Positions 12,555 to 26,008 of a DNA stretch of 64,000 nt are shown here, piece after piece. Under the pieces are notes generated by a model. That model saw nothing but the letters and a program-made list of their open reading frames with translations, did not search any database and was not told where the DNA came from. The translations under genes were made by a program, and so were the position numbers. Source of the stretch: Eledone cirrhosa (lineage: Eukaryota); NCBI GenBank assembly GCA_964016885.1, contig OZ024746.1, positions 17,980,001 to 18,044,000 of the forward strand. The letters are read 5' to 3'. How positions within the stretch are numbered: the stretch's first letter is position 1; each line of letters starts with the position of its first letter.

Positions 12555-14930
12555 GTGATGGTGGAATGATAAGGTAGATAGAGCCATAAGAACAAAAAGA
12601 CGAGGCTGGAGGAAAGATGGGAAACAGAGAGCAATAGTAGATAGCTAGAAGAGAGACCAGACACCAGGGAAGAGGCAGAAAAGAAGAGGTTTACATATGT
12701 TCTATGTTGTGAAGGTCAGAGGTGTGAAGTGTTACGGATTGAAAGACAATGTGCTAAAGAAAATTCTGATGTGATTGGGGAAAAGTCTGTCTGAAATGAT
12801 TGTGAAGCATTTGTCTGATTACGAAAAGAAAGAAGCATGGACGACTTACTAAAAGAGACTGCTGAACTAAGAGAATAGATTGGATAGTGAGGGCCCATAC
12901 CATGTAGACCAAACTGAGGGATCAGCCATAAAAGTTGACAGCAATATGATAGATTAAGAACATGAAAATAGTAAAGGCAGCTGAGGGTCCACCAGTGCAC
13001 AGTCCTCAGTCTACTTCTGCTTATCATTATTTTTTAGGCCAAAATAATTGTTTCTACTTTTGGCATAATGCAAGTAATTATCCCAGTCCATTACTGGTTA
13101 TAAAATAAAGCACCAGTAATGCACTCAGATAATTGCTGGCCTTGTGCCAGAAGTCGAAACAATTGTTTTTCAGGCCATCAGCAAGGAGATTAAGGCTGGT
13201 ACGCCATGGAAACTCCTGCATGTTGATGATCTAGTCATTATAGCTGAATCTGTTGGAGAGTCTGAGGCAAACTTCCAGTTATGGAAGAAATAATCTAGAA
13301 GTGAAAGGCCTAAACAAACTTTAACAAAGACTAAAGTTGTAATAAATAGAAAAGAGGGCATGAAGCTGATACCATCAACTAATTGGCCATGCTTGATATA
13401 TCAAAACGAGGTGGGCAGAAATTCAATAAGGTAGTAGTTTATGGACACCCAAGAGATATAGTGGGAATAGAGGCAGGTTACAGGAAAATGTGGTAGATGA
13501 ATAGAAGTACTAAGAACATGTGAAATAGATTTCAACATTTGCCAAGGAGGTTCCTCAGAAGTTGTTGACAGTTTTTGTTATCCAGGTGACTTAAGTATCT
13601 TTGAGGGAGGATGGTAGCCAAGGTAAGAAAAGGTTGGAAGATATAGGGAGCTAATGCCTACAATGTTAAAGCAAATTTAAATATGAATATGAATCCACCA
13701 TTCGTCTCCAGGTGACCTTGCAAACCTTTATTTCAGACACAGACAGCCAACACCAATCCATCTTCCTCTCCCCTCGCCATGCATCCATCTTCTTCCTCTT
13801 ATGGTAAACTTCAAAGATGCTACTATCAATGTAGGCATAATGAAAGGAAGATCAGGAGACATTGTAGAGATGCTAGGATGAAAGAAAGTTGATGTGTGTT
13901 GTATACAAGAGACTAGATGGAGAGAAATGTCAGCTACACTGCTTGTGGGCAAAAAAGGATGCTACTTCATAGATAGAGCTAGACGAACTAGGTCAGCTTG
14001 GAGGAGAAGGATATGGAAGTTGAAGAAGCTCTCAGCTGGTAACACATTTAGAGGAAAGTAGGTAGAAATTCCATCCTATATCCCATATGCAAACTATGGG
14101 TACACAAGAGATGTAGTGGGATCACAGGCAGGCTAGTAAAGAATGTAGTTTTTTTATGAAATCAATGCAAAAGAGCACTTAGCAGGAAACTTACTCCTTT
14201 AAATGCTCAGAGGGCTCTATAAAGGTAGTTGATAGTTTCTATTACCTGGGTGATCAAATTAGCAGTGGAGGTGGGTGTACTGAAAGTATAGTAGTTAGAG
14301 TGAGAATGTGATGGAAAAGGTTCAGGGAGCTACTATTGCTGCTAACTTCAAAAGGTTTTTTCCCTCAAAATGAGAGGTTGATTGTATGATGCTTGTATAT
14401 GAATAGTGATGCTGTATGGCAGTAAGACCTGTATACTATGCAGAGGATCTCCAAAGATTGGAAAGAAATGAACCTTGCATGCTCTGTGTGCACGAACAAC
14501 AAAGTCTCAATGAACTGAGAAGCATACAATGTGCAAGAGAGGAGATTGTGGTGGTATGGACATGTGATGCATATGAAGGATAACAGCTGTAGAAAAATAT
14601 GCAAGGCACTCAATGTTGATAGAAACTACGAAAGACGAAGACCTAGAAAAGCTTGTGATGAAGTGATAAAAGCTGATTTTACTCAATTAAACCTCACAAA
14701 GGAGATGACACAGGATCAAGATCTCTGGCATTATGCAGAAGGGCCTGCCTTTCCATGTGGTTGGCATTAAGGCAGCGCATCCAGCTGTAGAAACCAAGTC
14801 AAAATGCAGATCTGTATGAGCATCACATGGTCACCTGACCTTGAATTGTTTTATAACATTAAAACCTGTCTAACCCATGCAAGTGTAGAAAAATAGATAT
14901 TTAACGACGATGATGATGATGATGATGTGG
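12555..14930 (+). mobile_element. cluster of decayed RTE LINE fragments (linker, RT, AP-endonuclease start, 3' end)
   Basis: QAISKEIKAGTPWKLLHVDD at about 13170, endonuclease-like NVGIMKGRSGDIVEML..VDVCCIQETRW at about 13828-13920, RRLWWYGHVMHMKD at about 14540, (GAT)n tail at about 14910; many stops and frameshifts. Confidence 0.8.
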
Positions 14931-15349
14931 GCTTCTTTACAGTTTCCATCTACCAAATTCACTCAAGTTATTTTTTTTCAAATCAATCAATGTATTGTTT
15001 ATCATCTTAATGTTCAATTTGCTATGCTTACAGGAGATAAATAATTGATCTGATCAGCTTTGCCCAAGTTTACGTAATATGAAAATTAATAACCGAGAGA
15101 TGACCAGAGAAATAACGTTATATGGTTTTTATCGATGTTCCTTCTTCTCTCTGATATAATAATGTGTATGTAACTTGACTGTATGTATTGTATTATTTGT
15201 ATTGGCTTTTCTGGCAGAGCATATAGAAATATAGTACATGATATATAATCTGTGTGATGAAAGTCTGAAAGATTGAGAGAAAATGTTGAGGATGGTTGTA
15301 GAAAAATTCATTATCATTTATCCTTTTATGCCCATTTTCCATGCTTTAA

Positions 15350-15640
15350 TCTATAGTGTTGGGCTTAAAATCGTCATCTTGTGAGTTCGATTTCCAAACC
15401 GAGCTGTGGGTTGTATCCTTGAGTAAGACACTTTATTTCATGTTACTCCAGTTCACTCAGCTGTAGAAATGAGTTGCAATGTCTCTAGTGCCAAGCTGCA
15501 TCAGCCATTGTCTTTAACATGGACAACGTTGGTGGTGTAGAGAGAGGAGACTGGTATGTATGGGTAACTAATGGTCTTCCACAAAACATCTTGCCCTGGT
15601 TTGTCTCATGCATGGTCATTCGTGACTGATGGGGGTCTCT
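15350..15640 (+). mobile_element. tRNA-derived SINE related to family B head
   Basis: GAGTTCGATTTC B-box followed by CCTTGAGTAAGACACTTTATTTCA...CTCAGCTGTAGAAATGAG. Confidence 0.7.
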
Positions 15641-15815
15641 ACTTCTATATATTGGATGGGTTGGTACGATGTGAGTCAGTTGTAATTTAGAATTACTACT
15701 GAGTGTATTTTATTGTGACACCAGTACTAGAGAGGTTGTTGCCCTTAAGACTAAAGAAATCACTGAACAATATAGAATATTTGTAATCACTTTAATATAT
15801 CATAATACATTTTCT

Positions 15816-16151
15816 ATCATCATCATCATTTTTACATCCGCTTTTCCCTGCTTGCAAGGGTGGGACGGGAACTGATTCTGGCTTGATTTCAACAGCTGGA
15901 TACCCTTCCTAACACCAACCTCATTTACAGTGTGGGCTGGGTGCTTTTTTGCTGTGGCACCTCCACGACCACTTTGCAGTGGAATGAAAGGGACCCCAGT
16001 CCTATCATCTCATTTCTACAGCTGAGTAAACTGGAGCAATGTGAAATAAACTGTCTTGCTCAAGGAAACAACACATCACCTGATCTGAGAATTGAACTCA
16101 CAACCTTTCGATTGCAAGCCCAATGCTCTAACTACTAAGCCATGTGCCTCC
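15816..16151 (-). mobile_element. full-length family B SINE, inverted relative to 10929-11267
   Basis: Colinear reverse-complement match over about 335 bp, roughly 90% identity by eye. Confidence 0.9.
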
Positions 16152-16837
16152 ATATCTGTGGTGAAAATCTGAAGCATAAAGGAAATGTGTTGAGAATGAA
16201 TGAAAAATGTTTAAGTAAAGTTATGTAAGGTCTTGTAGTAACAGGGATATTATTAATGGAATTATTAATGAATGCAGATTTTTCTTGACTGATATGGAAT
16301 ATAAATGTGATATTAAGCAAATGGGAGTATAAAATTCCTCCTCCCTGGATGGGTTGCTAATCTGTTGTTAAGTTAATCCCTGGCTGCTGTCGGTACTGTT
16401 TTTTCTTTTGTTTCTGTCCATGTGAAATGAAGTGTCTTGCTCAAGGTCACAATGCCTTACCCAGTGTAATGTGGAGAGCATTTATATGGCATTTGTTGCT
16501 TGGTAGGGGAGATGCCAGATCAAGAATAGTGTCTGATATTGTACCTGGCTTTTTATGCTAGATTGGGTTGAAGAAAGTAAATTATGCCTGTCATTGTAAG
16601 GTGTGCTTCGTACTCTGTGGTGGACTGGGTTGAACAAAGAAAGTGTGTCGTCGAAGGGGATATCATCAGGCAATGTGAATCAGTGTAGCATCTATTATGA
16701 AATCTTTCTTTGTCAGCCTGCCTATGATGTCATTGCACCATGAGGTCTGGGATCTTGTCAATCAATTTGATTGATTGATGTCGTTTAACATTGGTTGTAA
16801 AGTTTTAGTTTAGAAATGTAAACTAACTAGAGACAGA

Positions 16838-17152
16838 TATGGCTTTGTGGTTAAGAAGTTCACTTTGTAGCCCTATTGTTTGAAGTTCAACCCTATTGAA
16901 TGACACTCTGGGCAAGTTTCTTTTATCTAGTCTCATGTTTACCAAAGCCTTATGTGAAGTTTGGTAGATAGAGGAAACTGCAGAAACTCTGTGTCCTAAT
17001 GTCTGTTTACTTTCACTGTTTGTTTATATTTCATAACATAGCAGTTTGATAAATAAATATTGATAAAGCACTAGAGTTGATATGATCAACAAAATCCTTT
17101 GAAGGCAGTGCACCAGCATGGGTGCAGTCTAATAACTGAAGCAAATAAAAGA
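16838..17152 (+). mobile_element. tRNA-derived SINE family C
   Basis: ATGGCTTTGTGGTTAAGAAGTT head and GGGCAAGT...ACCAAAGCCTT...TTTGGTAGA...GGAAACTG body; related copies near 22700-22825 (-), 37535 (+), 39960-40090 (-), 45328 (+). Confidence 0.65.
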
Positions 17153-17280
17153 ATAACTGGTAGATGTCTAGATATCCAAGCACCGCTAACTTATGAATTA
17201 TCAAGATCTCTTTGAAATGATTATTGGAATCAGTAAAGCAATTTGATATGACGTCTTTAAGTGTAATCTATTCATTTACA

Positions 17281-17777
17281 TACTGGATATACTCAAAAAT
17301 AAGTAACCCCCATTTTATGTCTGAGAAATAGGCAAAAATCCAAGCCTCGTTTATAAGCCGAGGCAGGTAATCAACACGTTTAGATAGTGTAGTTTTGAAC
17401 TGCTCATGAGTGGAAGAATATATTTATGAAGTTTTAATATTTTGATATTTAAAATGTTCTAAGTGTCATTTAGAGTATAGTTTTTGTTTCACAACTCCAT
17501 TACATAATGATTTTTTTACCAATTCCCAACTGTTTTGAAAGCCATATTCATTCAAAACATCAAAAACAATAGGAAATAAAAATTTCATGTTGAAAGTGAA
17601 ACCAGTATAATGTTCATCTTCAAAAATGAAAATATTTTAGCACTTCATTTAATTTTGAAGTTGGTAAAAATTGGCAAAATATTGACTTCGAATATAAACC
17701 GACCCCCATTTTACCATCATTTTGTTGTTCTCATTTTTTTTTGTCATATATTTCTCAGCTTATGAGTATATAAGGTA
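17281..17777. mobile_element. pogo/Tigger-type MITE, longer copy
   Basis: Termini TACTGGATATACTC...GAGTATATAAGGTA; internal blocks match 8989-9182. Confidence 0.6.
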
Positions 17778-18464
17778 AGTAATGGAAATTATCATTATAT
17801 AGGTTTTAATGATCATTTCTACTTGAGTGACTTCATAAAATTACCAACTGCTATCTCTCTTCTTGGTCAGTGTTCCCTTTGTTTTTAAATCATAATATTT
17901 TACCTTTGCCTCAATTTATATTTTATCAGTTTTTATCATAAAGAACCTACTTGTTAGTACATTTCTTACATAATACTGGCAGATAACCCAGTAGTCTCTG
18001 CAATCCCAAATAATAATCATTATAATAGTTTCTGAATTTCAGAGGTGCAGGCATGGCTAGTCCCTTTCACATTAATTCTGTAAATATAGCAATGATGCAA
18101 AAATATTGTGTTGTCGTATGTTTTGAAAATCCGTTTTTGTTTTGAATTTGTCATAATTGTGGGAATTAATACAACTATGGATTTATGCTATAAATAAAAC
18201 AATTGGTTTAAACAAGACAATAAAATAAATTTGTTGTCGATTAACCTATATGACTGAATAACAAAATACCTGTTTAGAGATACAGAATTAAATGTTCACA
18301 TATAAAATGTACACATGGGAGAGGATAGAAATGTGAGAAAAAAGTTTGAGTAGAATGCTACCTGTCCTACAGCTCATATTTTCGCTGAAATTACAGTTCT
18401 GGGTCAAGTGAAGATAGTCAAATACTGGGATCTGACCAGCTGCTTCCTCTTTGTACTGGTCTCC

Positions 18465-18650
18465 ATTGAGACCTGGTGTCCTTAGTCCCTGCACTCTGAT
18501 TTCCTCCATAAAATCAGAAGACAGCAACCTGCTTGAATGGGGAACCCTGTGAGGTGGGGTGGCTGTTGCAGTGGGTGTTTCTGGCCATTCTCTACAGTAA
18601 TGCCTTTGCTAAGACATTGCTCAGACTGGGGTGTATTGTCTGTCCATTCC
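18465..18650. repeat. unclassified interspersed repeat, copy 2
   Basis: Homologous to 9690-9960. Confidence 0.55.
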
Positions 18651-19735
18651 CTTCTCCTTTTCCTTTCTTGCTTGATCCTTCTTTCTTGATCCTTCTTTCT
18701 TTTTCTTCTTTATATTTCCTTTTTTTTTCTTTCTTTTTTGTTCCCTTTAATAGTGTTTTGTTTTTGTATAAACAGCTTTGTAAAATAATATATTTTCCCA
18801 GTGAAGATTGAGACTAGATGACTGGCATCTGGAATGTTGTTAGGTATTATCAATCAGGCAATATAGTTGGTGGATCTTCCTCATTGGCATTTTAGGGGGG
18901 GGGGGGGATAAAATATAGTCCCAGTTGAGTAGTTGGGCTTAATTTACTCAACTTTGCCCTTCACTCAAATTGGTTATCTCTAAATTAGAAGTCATTATTA
19001 TTACATATTTTTTTTATTTTGGAGGCTGATCTTGTTTAAATGTTTCTCTTTTGCTTGAACATTTTTTTCAACTATGTCTTATATTTCCTTTTGTTCATAT
19101 TTTAAAATTTTATGGTAGGATCAGGAAAAAAAGCTCCTTCCTACTTGGTAAATCTCCAGGTGGCTAATAGGAGAATGGCTTCTAAATACAGTGTTTAACA
19201 GCAAATATGGAAATAAGCCATCTTGGACCAAATACGGGCTGCCCTTTGGCAAGGCATAGCATCTGGCAGTCACCCAGCCTAGAGTTATGGGTGAAGATTG
19301 ACAAAGAAAATGCTCGCATATTTTCACATATTGTGCAGACTACCTATATGTACATATACTTTAGCTTACCATAGTTGTATGTGTGTGGGTTTAAAATCAA
19401 ATTCTAGATATATTTCTCAAAGCTTTAGTGTTATAAAGGAAGTGGATCAAATTAAGATTCAAAATTGGCCCATGAACTTAGTTTGCACCCTGGTACTTCT
19501 TTCTTATTAGGGAAGTATACTAAAATACTAATAGTGATTTGTAAGAGGGAAGGGTTGAATGTATATGCTGGGAAGCATTAATCCTCGTTAACATTTGATG
19601 AAACAGAATTTGATGACTTTCTCAGAGTAGCATTGATTTGTATGTGATATATTTAACAATAACAGAACATATCACTTAATTCCTACCTATTGAATCACCC
19701 ATGAACTTCTAGGATTTACCCACAACACTCTAGGA

Positions 19736-19966
19736 CAGAAGTTTCCAAACTCTATTGTGACATTTTAGTATTTCACCAATCTCTAGGTGTGTTGTGAAAT
19801 TGTCAAATCTGATTGGTTGACATCTGACAACTCAGTGTACAATTAGGTGTGTGACCTTTGACACATGCTATAATATCTAATTGTTTGTTTATTAATTTTG
19901 TGCCACAAAATAAAATAATAATTTTCAAAAAGTGTGTCACTAATGTGAAATGTTTGGAAAACTCTG
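19736..19966. mobile_element. hAT (Charlie-like) MITE
   Basis: TIRs CAGAAGTTTCCAAAC / GTTTGGAAAACTCTG; perfect 8-bp TSD CTCTAGGA (19728-19735, 19967-19974). Confidence 0.85.
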
Positions 19967-20376
19967 CTCTAGGATTACCACAACAGCACCCTAGAATCAT
20001 TTTGTTATTTTGTCCTCCGCTGTTCTAAACATTAATTAGAAGTGAAGGAACTGAGCAACGAAAAACAAAACTACTTACACTGTATTCCCCTCTCCATTAA
20101 AGATATTGTATAAGAACAGCATGTACAATGTGGTACCAAGCCATATAGAATTAAGGCACATCTGCTCTGTTGAAGCGGTTCATTGCTCCTAATCATTTGA
20201 TTGATCATTCTGCCAAGAGTTACGACTAGTAGATAGTATCAGCAATGGAAAGACATTGTTTCCTTGGTCCGATTTGATGAGTTCCACTTCATTTTGTAAT
20301 TGAATAAGGTCTGAGATCTTGTTGATTGATTTGATCAATTGAATAATTTGACTAAATATGTGTATATATCATAGGC

Positions 20377-20627
20377 TAGAGATTTCCAAACAGTTAGGTC
20401 GTGAAATAAAGTCAAATTTGATCAGTTTTTTGGGTTTTTTAAAATGAATATTCAGCTATAGAAATGTGCTCTGACATATCTGTAATATTATAATTGGACA
20501 TATGAACGGTGACATGTGATATGGTATTTAACTGTTTATTAATTTTATGATGCTGACTAGACTTAATCTGTCGCAGAATTTTGTATTTTTAAAAAAGTGT
20601 CAGTAATGTGTAAAGTTTGGAAAGCTC
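20377..20627. mobile_element. hAT MITE, same family
   Basis: TAGAGATTTCCAAAC...GTTTGGAAAGCTC; 7/8 TSD TCATAGGC / TTATAGGC. Confidence 0.7.
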
Positions 20628-20824
20628 TTATAGGCTCTAAAGCAGAGCTTATGCTTTTGTATATAGATCAAAATATCCTTTATAATTGATCTTTCATGGA
20701 TGTGTTTGTTTCGTAGTTAGTCAAATTAGTAGTTAATTGTGCATTATTACATAAATTTGTATATTTATTACCTTAATTTTATATCTAAAGAAATAACTTC
20801 TTCCTTTAATTATTAGTATTAATA

Positions 20825-21050
20825 GCAGGCAAAAGTGGTGTATTGACAATCAGTAGAGTGACATAAAATACTTGGTTGTGTTTAATTAAACTGCTTTATT
20901 TATGTTCCGAGTTCAAGTTCTTCCAAGGTTGAATTTGCCTGCTTTGCAGGGGTTGATAAAATAAAGTACCAGTGAACTAGTTGGTCAGTGTGATCAACTA
21001 AGCTCTTCCTCCTAATTTTTAGTCCCTGTGCCTATCTTAGAAATGAATAT
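20825..21050 (+). mobile_element. decayed SINE family A
   Basis: GAGTTCAAG B-box and GGGGTTGATAAAATAAAGTACCAGT core. Confidence 0.6.
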
Positions 21051-21536
21051 TAATGATATGGATGATAGAGTACTGGACTAAAAGCTTTTTAGTATTTTGT
21101 TTTATTCCATTTATGTCCTGATTCTAAACTCAAAGAACAGTTATATCTTTTATCTGTCTGGAGTTCTTAAAAGAAGTTCCAATACATCCTTTGTTTTACT
21201 CTTTAGTTAGAGGCAACTTATTGTTTCAAAGCTGTAATAAATACTGCTCTGATTTTGTATTGGAAATATGGTTTCCCTGCTTTATTCTTTGTTCTTGCAC
21301 AAATGTGTTCGAACTTGGGATTTGACTGCAAGTGATCACGTACATGGGAACGGGTAGCAAACACATCCGAATGGCAGTGCCCATAACCCCTTTTTTATGG
21401 CTGATGAGACTGGTGGGAAGGAAGGTCTCTTCAAACTGGAGATGTAAACACATGCCACAGTGTGATTTGAACTCAGAATGCAAAGAACTAGAACAAATAC
21501 TGTGAAGTTATAGTGAGGTTTTGCTGAAGATTTTAA

Positions 21537-21757
21537 CCCTTTTAATCCCATATTTCTAATGAAATACTCATCCTATAATATTTAATTAATTTTGAAAATA
21601 ATCAAGAATTTGGAGTATTTTTATCATTAAATTGCTGTTTGGAACAAAGTTTCTTTCATAATATTATGATGTAAGGTTTTTAGATAAACACTTAAAAACT
21701 AGTTTGTTTTGTATCAGAGAACCAAGGGCTGTTTTTAGTGGCTTGGTATCAAAAGGG
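21537..21757. mobile_element. piggyBac-type MITE
   Basis: TTAA|CCCTTTT...AAAAGGG|TTAA. Confidence 0.75.
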
Positions 21758-22214
21758 TTAACTTAATTTTTTTATTTGAAAGTATCTATTTAGAAATATC
21801 ATTTTTATGATAATGGGTTCCTGAAGCAGAGATAAAAGTGGACAAATAATTTAAAACAAATATTGAGGTATTAAGATGAGACAATCAAAATGTCATGATT
21901 TTAATCTTAGCTTGTTTTTCCACAACAATCCTGATATAAAAGAAATTACTTACAAAATGAGATATTGTTGTATATAAAGGTATAAAGTAGAGAAAATAAG
22001 AGATAAGAGTAGAGCTATTTCCACCGAATCCCCCAGCATCTAACCATGATTCAATTTCATTTACTTAGAAATACTATTTTAGATATTGCTGCACAGATTT
22101 AACTCTTTTAATACCAACCTTGATTCTATATTAACAAAGCTCTTTCTTTGTTTCTTTCTTCTTTTCCTGCCTTCTTTCTTTCTTTCTTTTTCTTTTTCTT
22201 CTTCCTGAGAGGGT

Positions 22215-22370
22215 CTTGGGAAAAGAGTCCTCAAACACTCCTTCCTGTGGGTCCTGTCAGAAGCAATTGTTTCCAAGTAATCTGGCTGGATCCCCAAGTG
22301 AAATGAGCCAAGCTCATGGATGTTATCCAACCATTTTACCCAGGATCTACCTCTGAGTCTCCTGCCAGTT
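22215..22370 (-). mobile_element. non-LTR retrotransposon 3' fragment
   Basis: WLDNIHELGSFHLGIQPDYLETIASDR; homologous + strand copy at about 29070-29240. Confidence 0.6.
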
Positions 22371-23034
22371 TATATTCTTCTAAAAACCTTTCAGCATTAA
22401 AATTGTGTAAGAGCTTTAAGTGTCTTTCATTAGAAATATGGTAATGAAAGGTTGGTCTAGCTTTGATTCAGAATAATAAGTTTGTATCATCTTTTTTACA
22501 TACCTGTGTTGGATGAGATATTTTGAGGTAGAATTCTACAGCCAGATGCTCTTATTTATACCAAACCTCAGTTTTTTGGTTTTTTTAAAAGTAATATACG
22601 AATCTGTGTATGTGGGACATAAACAAATATCACCTGTGCTAGTAATATCAGATACGAAGAGAAGTGATAGATAAAGCATATGCACATACACATGCATACA
22701 TACAACAGGCTTTATAAAGTTTCCATCTGCCAAATTCACTCCCTAGGCTATGGAAGAGACAAGACTAAGGTGTCATGGAGTACATGGTTGCAAAGTGAAC
22801 TTCTTAACCACACAACCATACCTGTAATTTTATTCTAGCATGTAACATAACGTGTTAAATGTTTTTAGTATCTGTTAACATTTTTTTTTTTCCTTTATTA
22901 TAAGTAATTTATAACTTATGTCATGATTGTTTTGAAGCAGGTAGCTGAAGAATTTGTTATATTTCTGTTCTGTTTAGTTTGTTGGGTATCTGCAATATTA
23001 GTATGGAATTGTAGGTGTGTCATATTGACATAAG

Positions 23035-23240
23035 GTGTTTCTTAGGGCATTTTAAAATCTGGCAAGTTTGAATGCAGCAGATTTCTTCCAGAGAAGGATA
23101 TAGAGTAGGAGAATGGAAGGGAGAAAGATATATAGAGAAAGAATTGATCCCAGTACTAGACTCGTATTTTTTTTTATCAGCCTTGAAAGGATGAAAAGCA
23201 AAGTTGACCTTGGCAGGATTTGGACTCAGAGAGAACATTG
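23035..23240 (-). mobile_element. SINE family A, tailed subfamily
   Basis: GGATGAAAAGCAAAGTTGACCT and CAGCAGATTTCTTCCAGAGA blocks. Confidence 0.7.
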
Positions 23241-23252
23241 AAAACTCTAGTT

Positions 23253-23482
23253 CAAAGGTTTCCAAAATGATGCACTTTTATGTGTTGTGAAAATGAAATA
23301 AAATATGAACAATTTTTACAAATATTTGACTGAAAAGTATTTACGACCTAACAGCTTTGCATACAATTGATTAGTGGCACGTGATATATTCAAGTGTTTG
23401 TTTATTTCATGTAGCTAATAAAAAAATGTGTCACAATTTTTCTTAAAGCATGTCACCAATGGGGAAACTTTGGAAAACTCTG
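23253..23482. mobile_element. hAT MITE
   Basis: CAAAGGTTTCCAAA...TTTGGAAAACTCTG; 7/8 TSD CTCTAGTT / CTCTGGTT. Confidence 0.75.
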
Positions 23483-26008
23483 CTCTGGTTGTTTAGACTG
23501 TGATCCAATTTTACTGTATCACATCTAAATTTGATTCTAAATCTTAACAAGAAATTTCTCCTTTGTCCAAATTTTTTACTACTATTCAAAATAATGCCAT
23601 CCCCAATATCATGTCAGTTAAAGTTATATATGTATAAATACAGTGTGTGTAACCGAGACTGCACCATGTGTAAATATACACACATACCTAATATGTAGGC
23701 ATGTAAACATGCCAGAAAATACAAATTTCCCTGTAAATAGAAAAAATTGAAAGACATCTTTTCGGATCTAATTGGACCCTTGTCAGAAGGCATGTATATC
23801 ATCCAATCAACAACAAAGAAACATGTATTTGATGTGTATATTTACCCATTCACTCTTAGTGTTATTCTGTGCATACAATTAGCACTTGTGTTGTTAATTA
23901 AGATATATATTAAGAAGTGTGCTAGTACACAATATATATCAAGTTGGTTGTATTCATTTAATACTTCTCTACATTATGCTATTACATCTTACTTTTAAAG
24001 TCTGTCAAACACATTTAACTGTTTTTTACAATAACTTTTGCAACTGCATCTGCATTTATTAGCTTCATATATCCAAAGATTACTTCAGTTTTACTAATGG
24101 CAAAAAAAAGAAAAAGGCCTCATTGGAAAATTCTCATTTTCAATGGCCTCAACTAAAATCTTTCTTTATCATAGTGATATCATAACTCAGTGCCACCTAG
24201 TGTTTTTATTTAACACAACTCTGCCAGGAGTTGTGACCGGTAGATGGTATCAGCAATGAAAATGTTTCCATGGTCCGATTGGACAAGTTCAAATTGGTAA
24301 GCAAATGAGGTCTGGGATCTTGTTGATCAAATTCTATGCTATAACACAAGTTAATGATTTCTCTCTTTAGTTTGCTTTTATATCCCATATAAAGCAGCTA
24401 CTATTTTTATAAGATGTTGCTCACCCTTTTTTTTTTTTATCGTTTGGTCTTTGTCATAAACACAGGCCTAATTGTGAGGTTATGAGGTTCACTTACCCAT
24501 TTGGGTTTGGATTCAGTTTTACTGCATAACACTTTCAGCAAGTATTGTGTTGTGTCAAGCAATCTACCAACTGTAATACTACTTTGAGTCTTCATTAAAC
24601 AATAAGCTTAATCTATTTTTCGTTAATGCTATCTTCTGGAATTTATAAAATTTGCTCCAGTGAAAATGGAAAGAGGTTTATTTACTGTACACCACTCCCA
24701 ATTTTCATTTTTTTTTTATCTGGGGATTTATCAAGGTCATGATCATCATATGACAGTCATTCTCATATTTTATATTGTACATGGTTTTGCGATTTCTATA
24801 CAGATGTTAACAATCTTGAATTACCTTGTGAGGATAGGTGCATATTTAACCCTCCTGATACTAAACTGTCTGAAACCTTTGTTGTATGATACTAAACTGT
24901 TTATATTTATCTAAAAAAAAAACTATCATAATTTTATGTATGACATTTTGTTAAGTTATTTTCTAAACACCAGCTTAATAATGTCAAAGTTGATGTGAAT
25001 TAAGTGTAAACTGATTCTAAATAGTTTAAATATGGATAAAATTAACAAAAGACTGAAAATTACTTTCAGAACTTTATGAAACAATTCATCCTTCCTCACA
25101 AACTATTTACACATCTCAATAAGGCAGTGTTTATTGGATCAACCCTTCAATCAATGAATAGGGCCCACTGCTTGCACAGATTCCTTTAGCTTTGTCGCCA
25201 TCCAATTCTATTGTTCATTATATTCATCAGTTTATATTGTCACAAATCTGCTAGTTTGTACTGCTTGCAAGGGTTCCCTCAACTCTCTTGCCATCCAATT
25301 CTATTGTCCATCATATTTGGTAGGTTAGAGGGATATCAATTTATGTTGTCACAAATCTGCTTGTCATCCTCTGCTAGCTCTCCCTTGTGTAGGCTCCCAC
25401 AAAAAAAAACCTCTTCTAACAAGTGTGAACTGGTTCTGTATATGGATAAAGGTAATCAAAGACTGAAGATTATTTTCAGAACTGTTTGAAACAAGTTCCT
25501 TACCAAATGAGTTGCTAAATATGAATTTATCCTTCCTCATAAACTATTTACACATCTAAATAAAGCAGTGCTTATTGGATCAACTCTTAATGGTTTCCAA
25601 TTGAGAGCTTTATCAGGTCAATAACTACAAAAGGCAACTTGTAATGCTTTATTTTATTTTTCTTCTTTCTACTTAACATTATCAATACATTTCTTAGAAT
25701 GCTTGTTATTTATAATTTTGTTGTTTTGTATTCATTAGCAGATGTTCTATTTAGAGGAAATTTGAAACTTGGTTTCAATTCTAGTTTGAAATGGTTTCAC
25801 TCAGCTGCATAAAGACTCTTGGGAAAGGCATGAATGTTGGAGATTCCCATGTTTCTTCTTCATAATTCAGGCTTTGTTGTTATTTAGAAAAAGATTGAAT
25901 TAAAAAAAAAATTATCCACATCTTTAGACTAAAGAAATTCAATCTCAGCTATATTTGTGTCTTGTTTTCATTTTCATTTTCTGGCTAAAAATAGTCTTCA
26001 TTCATATA

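Noticed and set aside
25020-25590. Local ~150-bp diverged duplication, plus short tandem duplications at about 5908-5995, 48310-48380 and 52700-52780
   Set aside because: Ordinary two-copy duplications with no repeat-spacer structure; not CRISPR-like.
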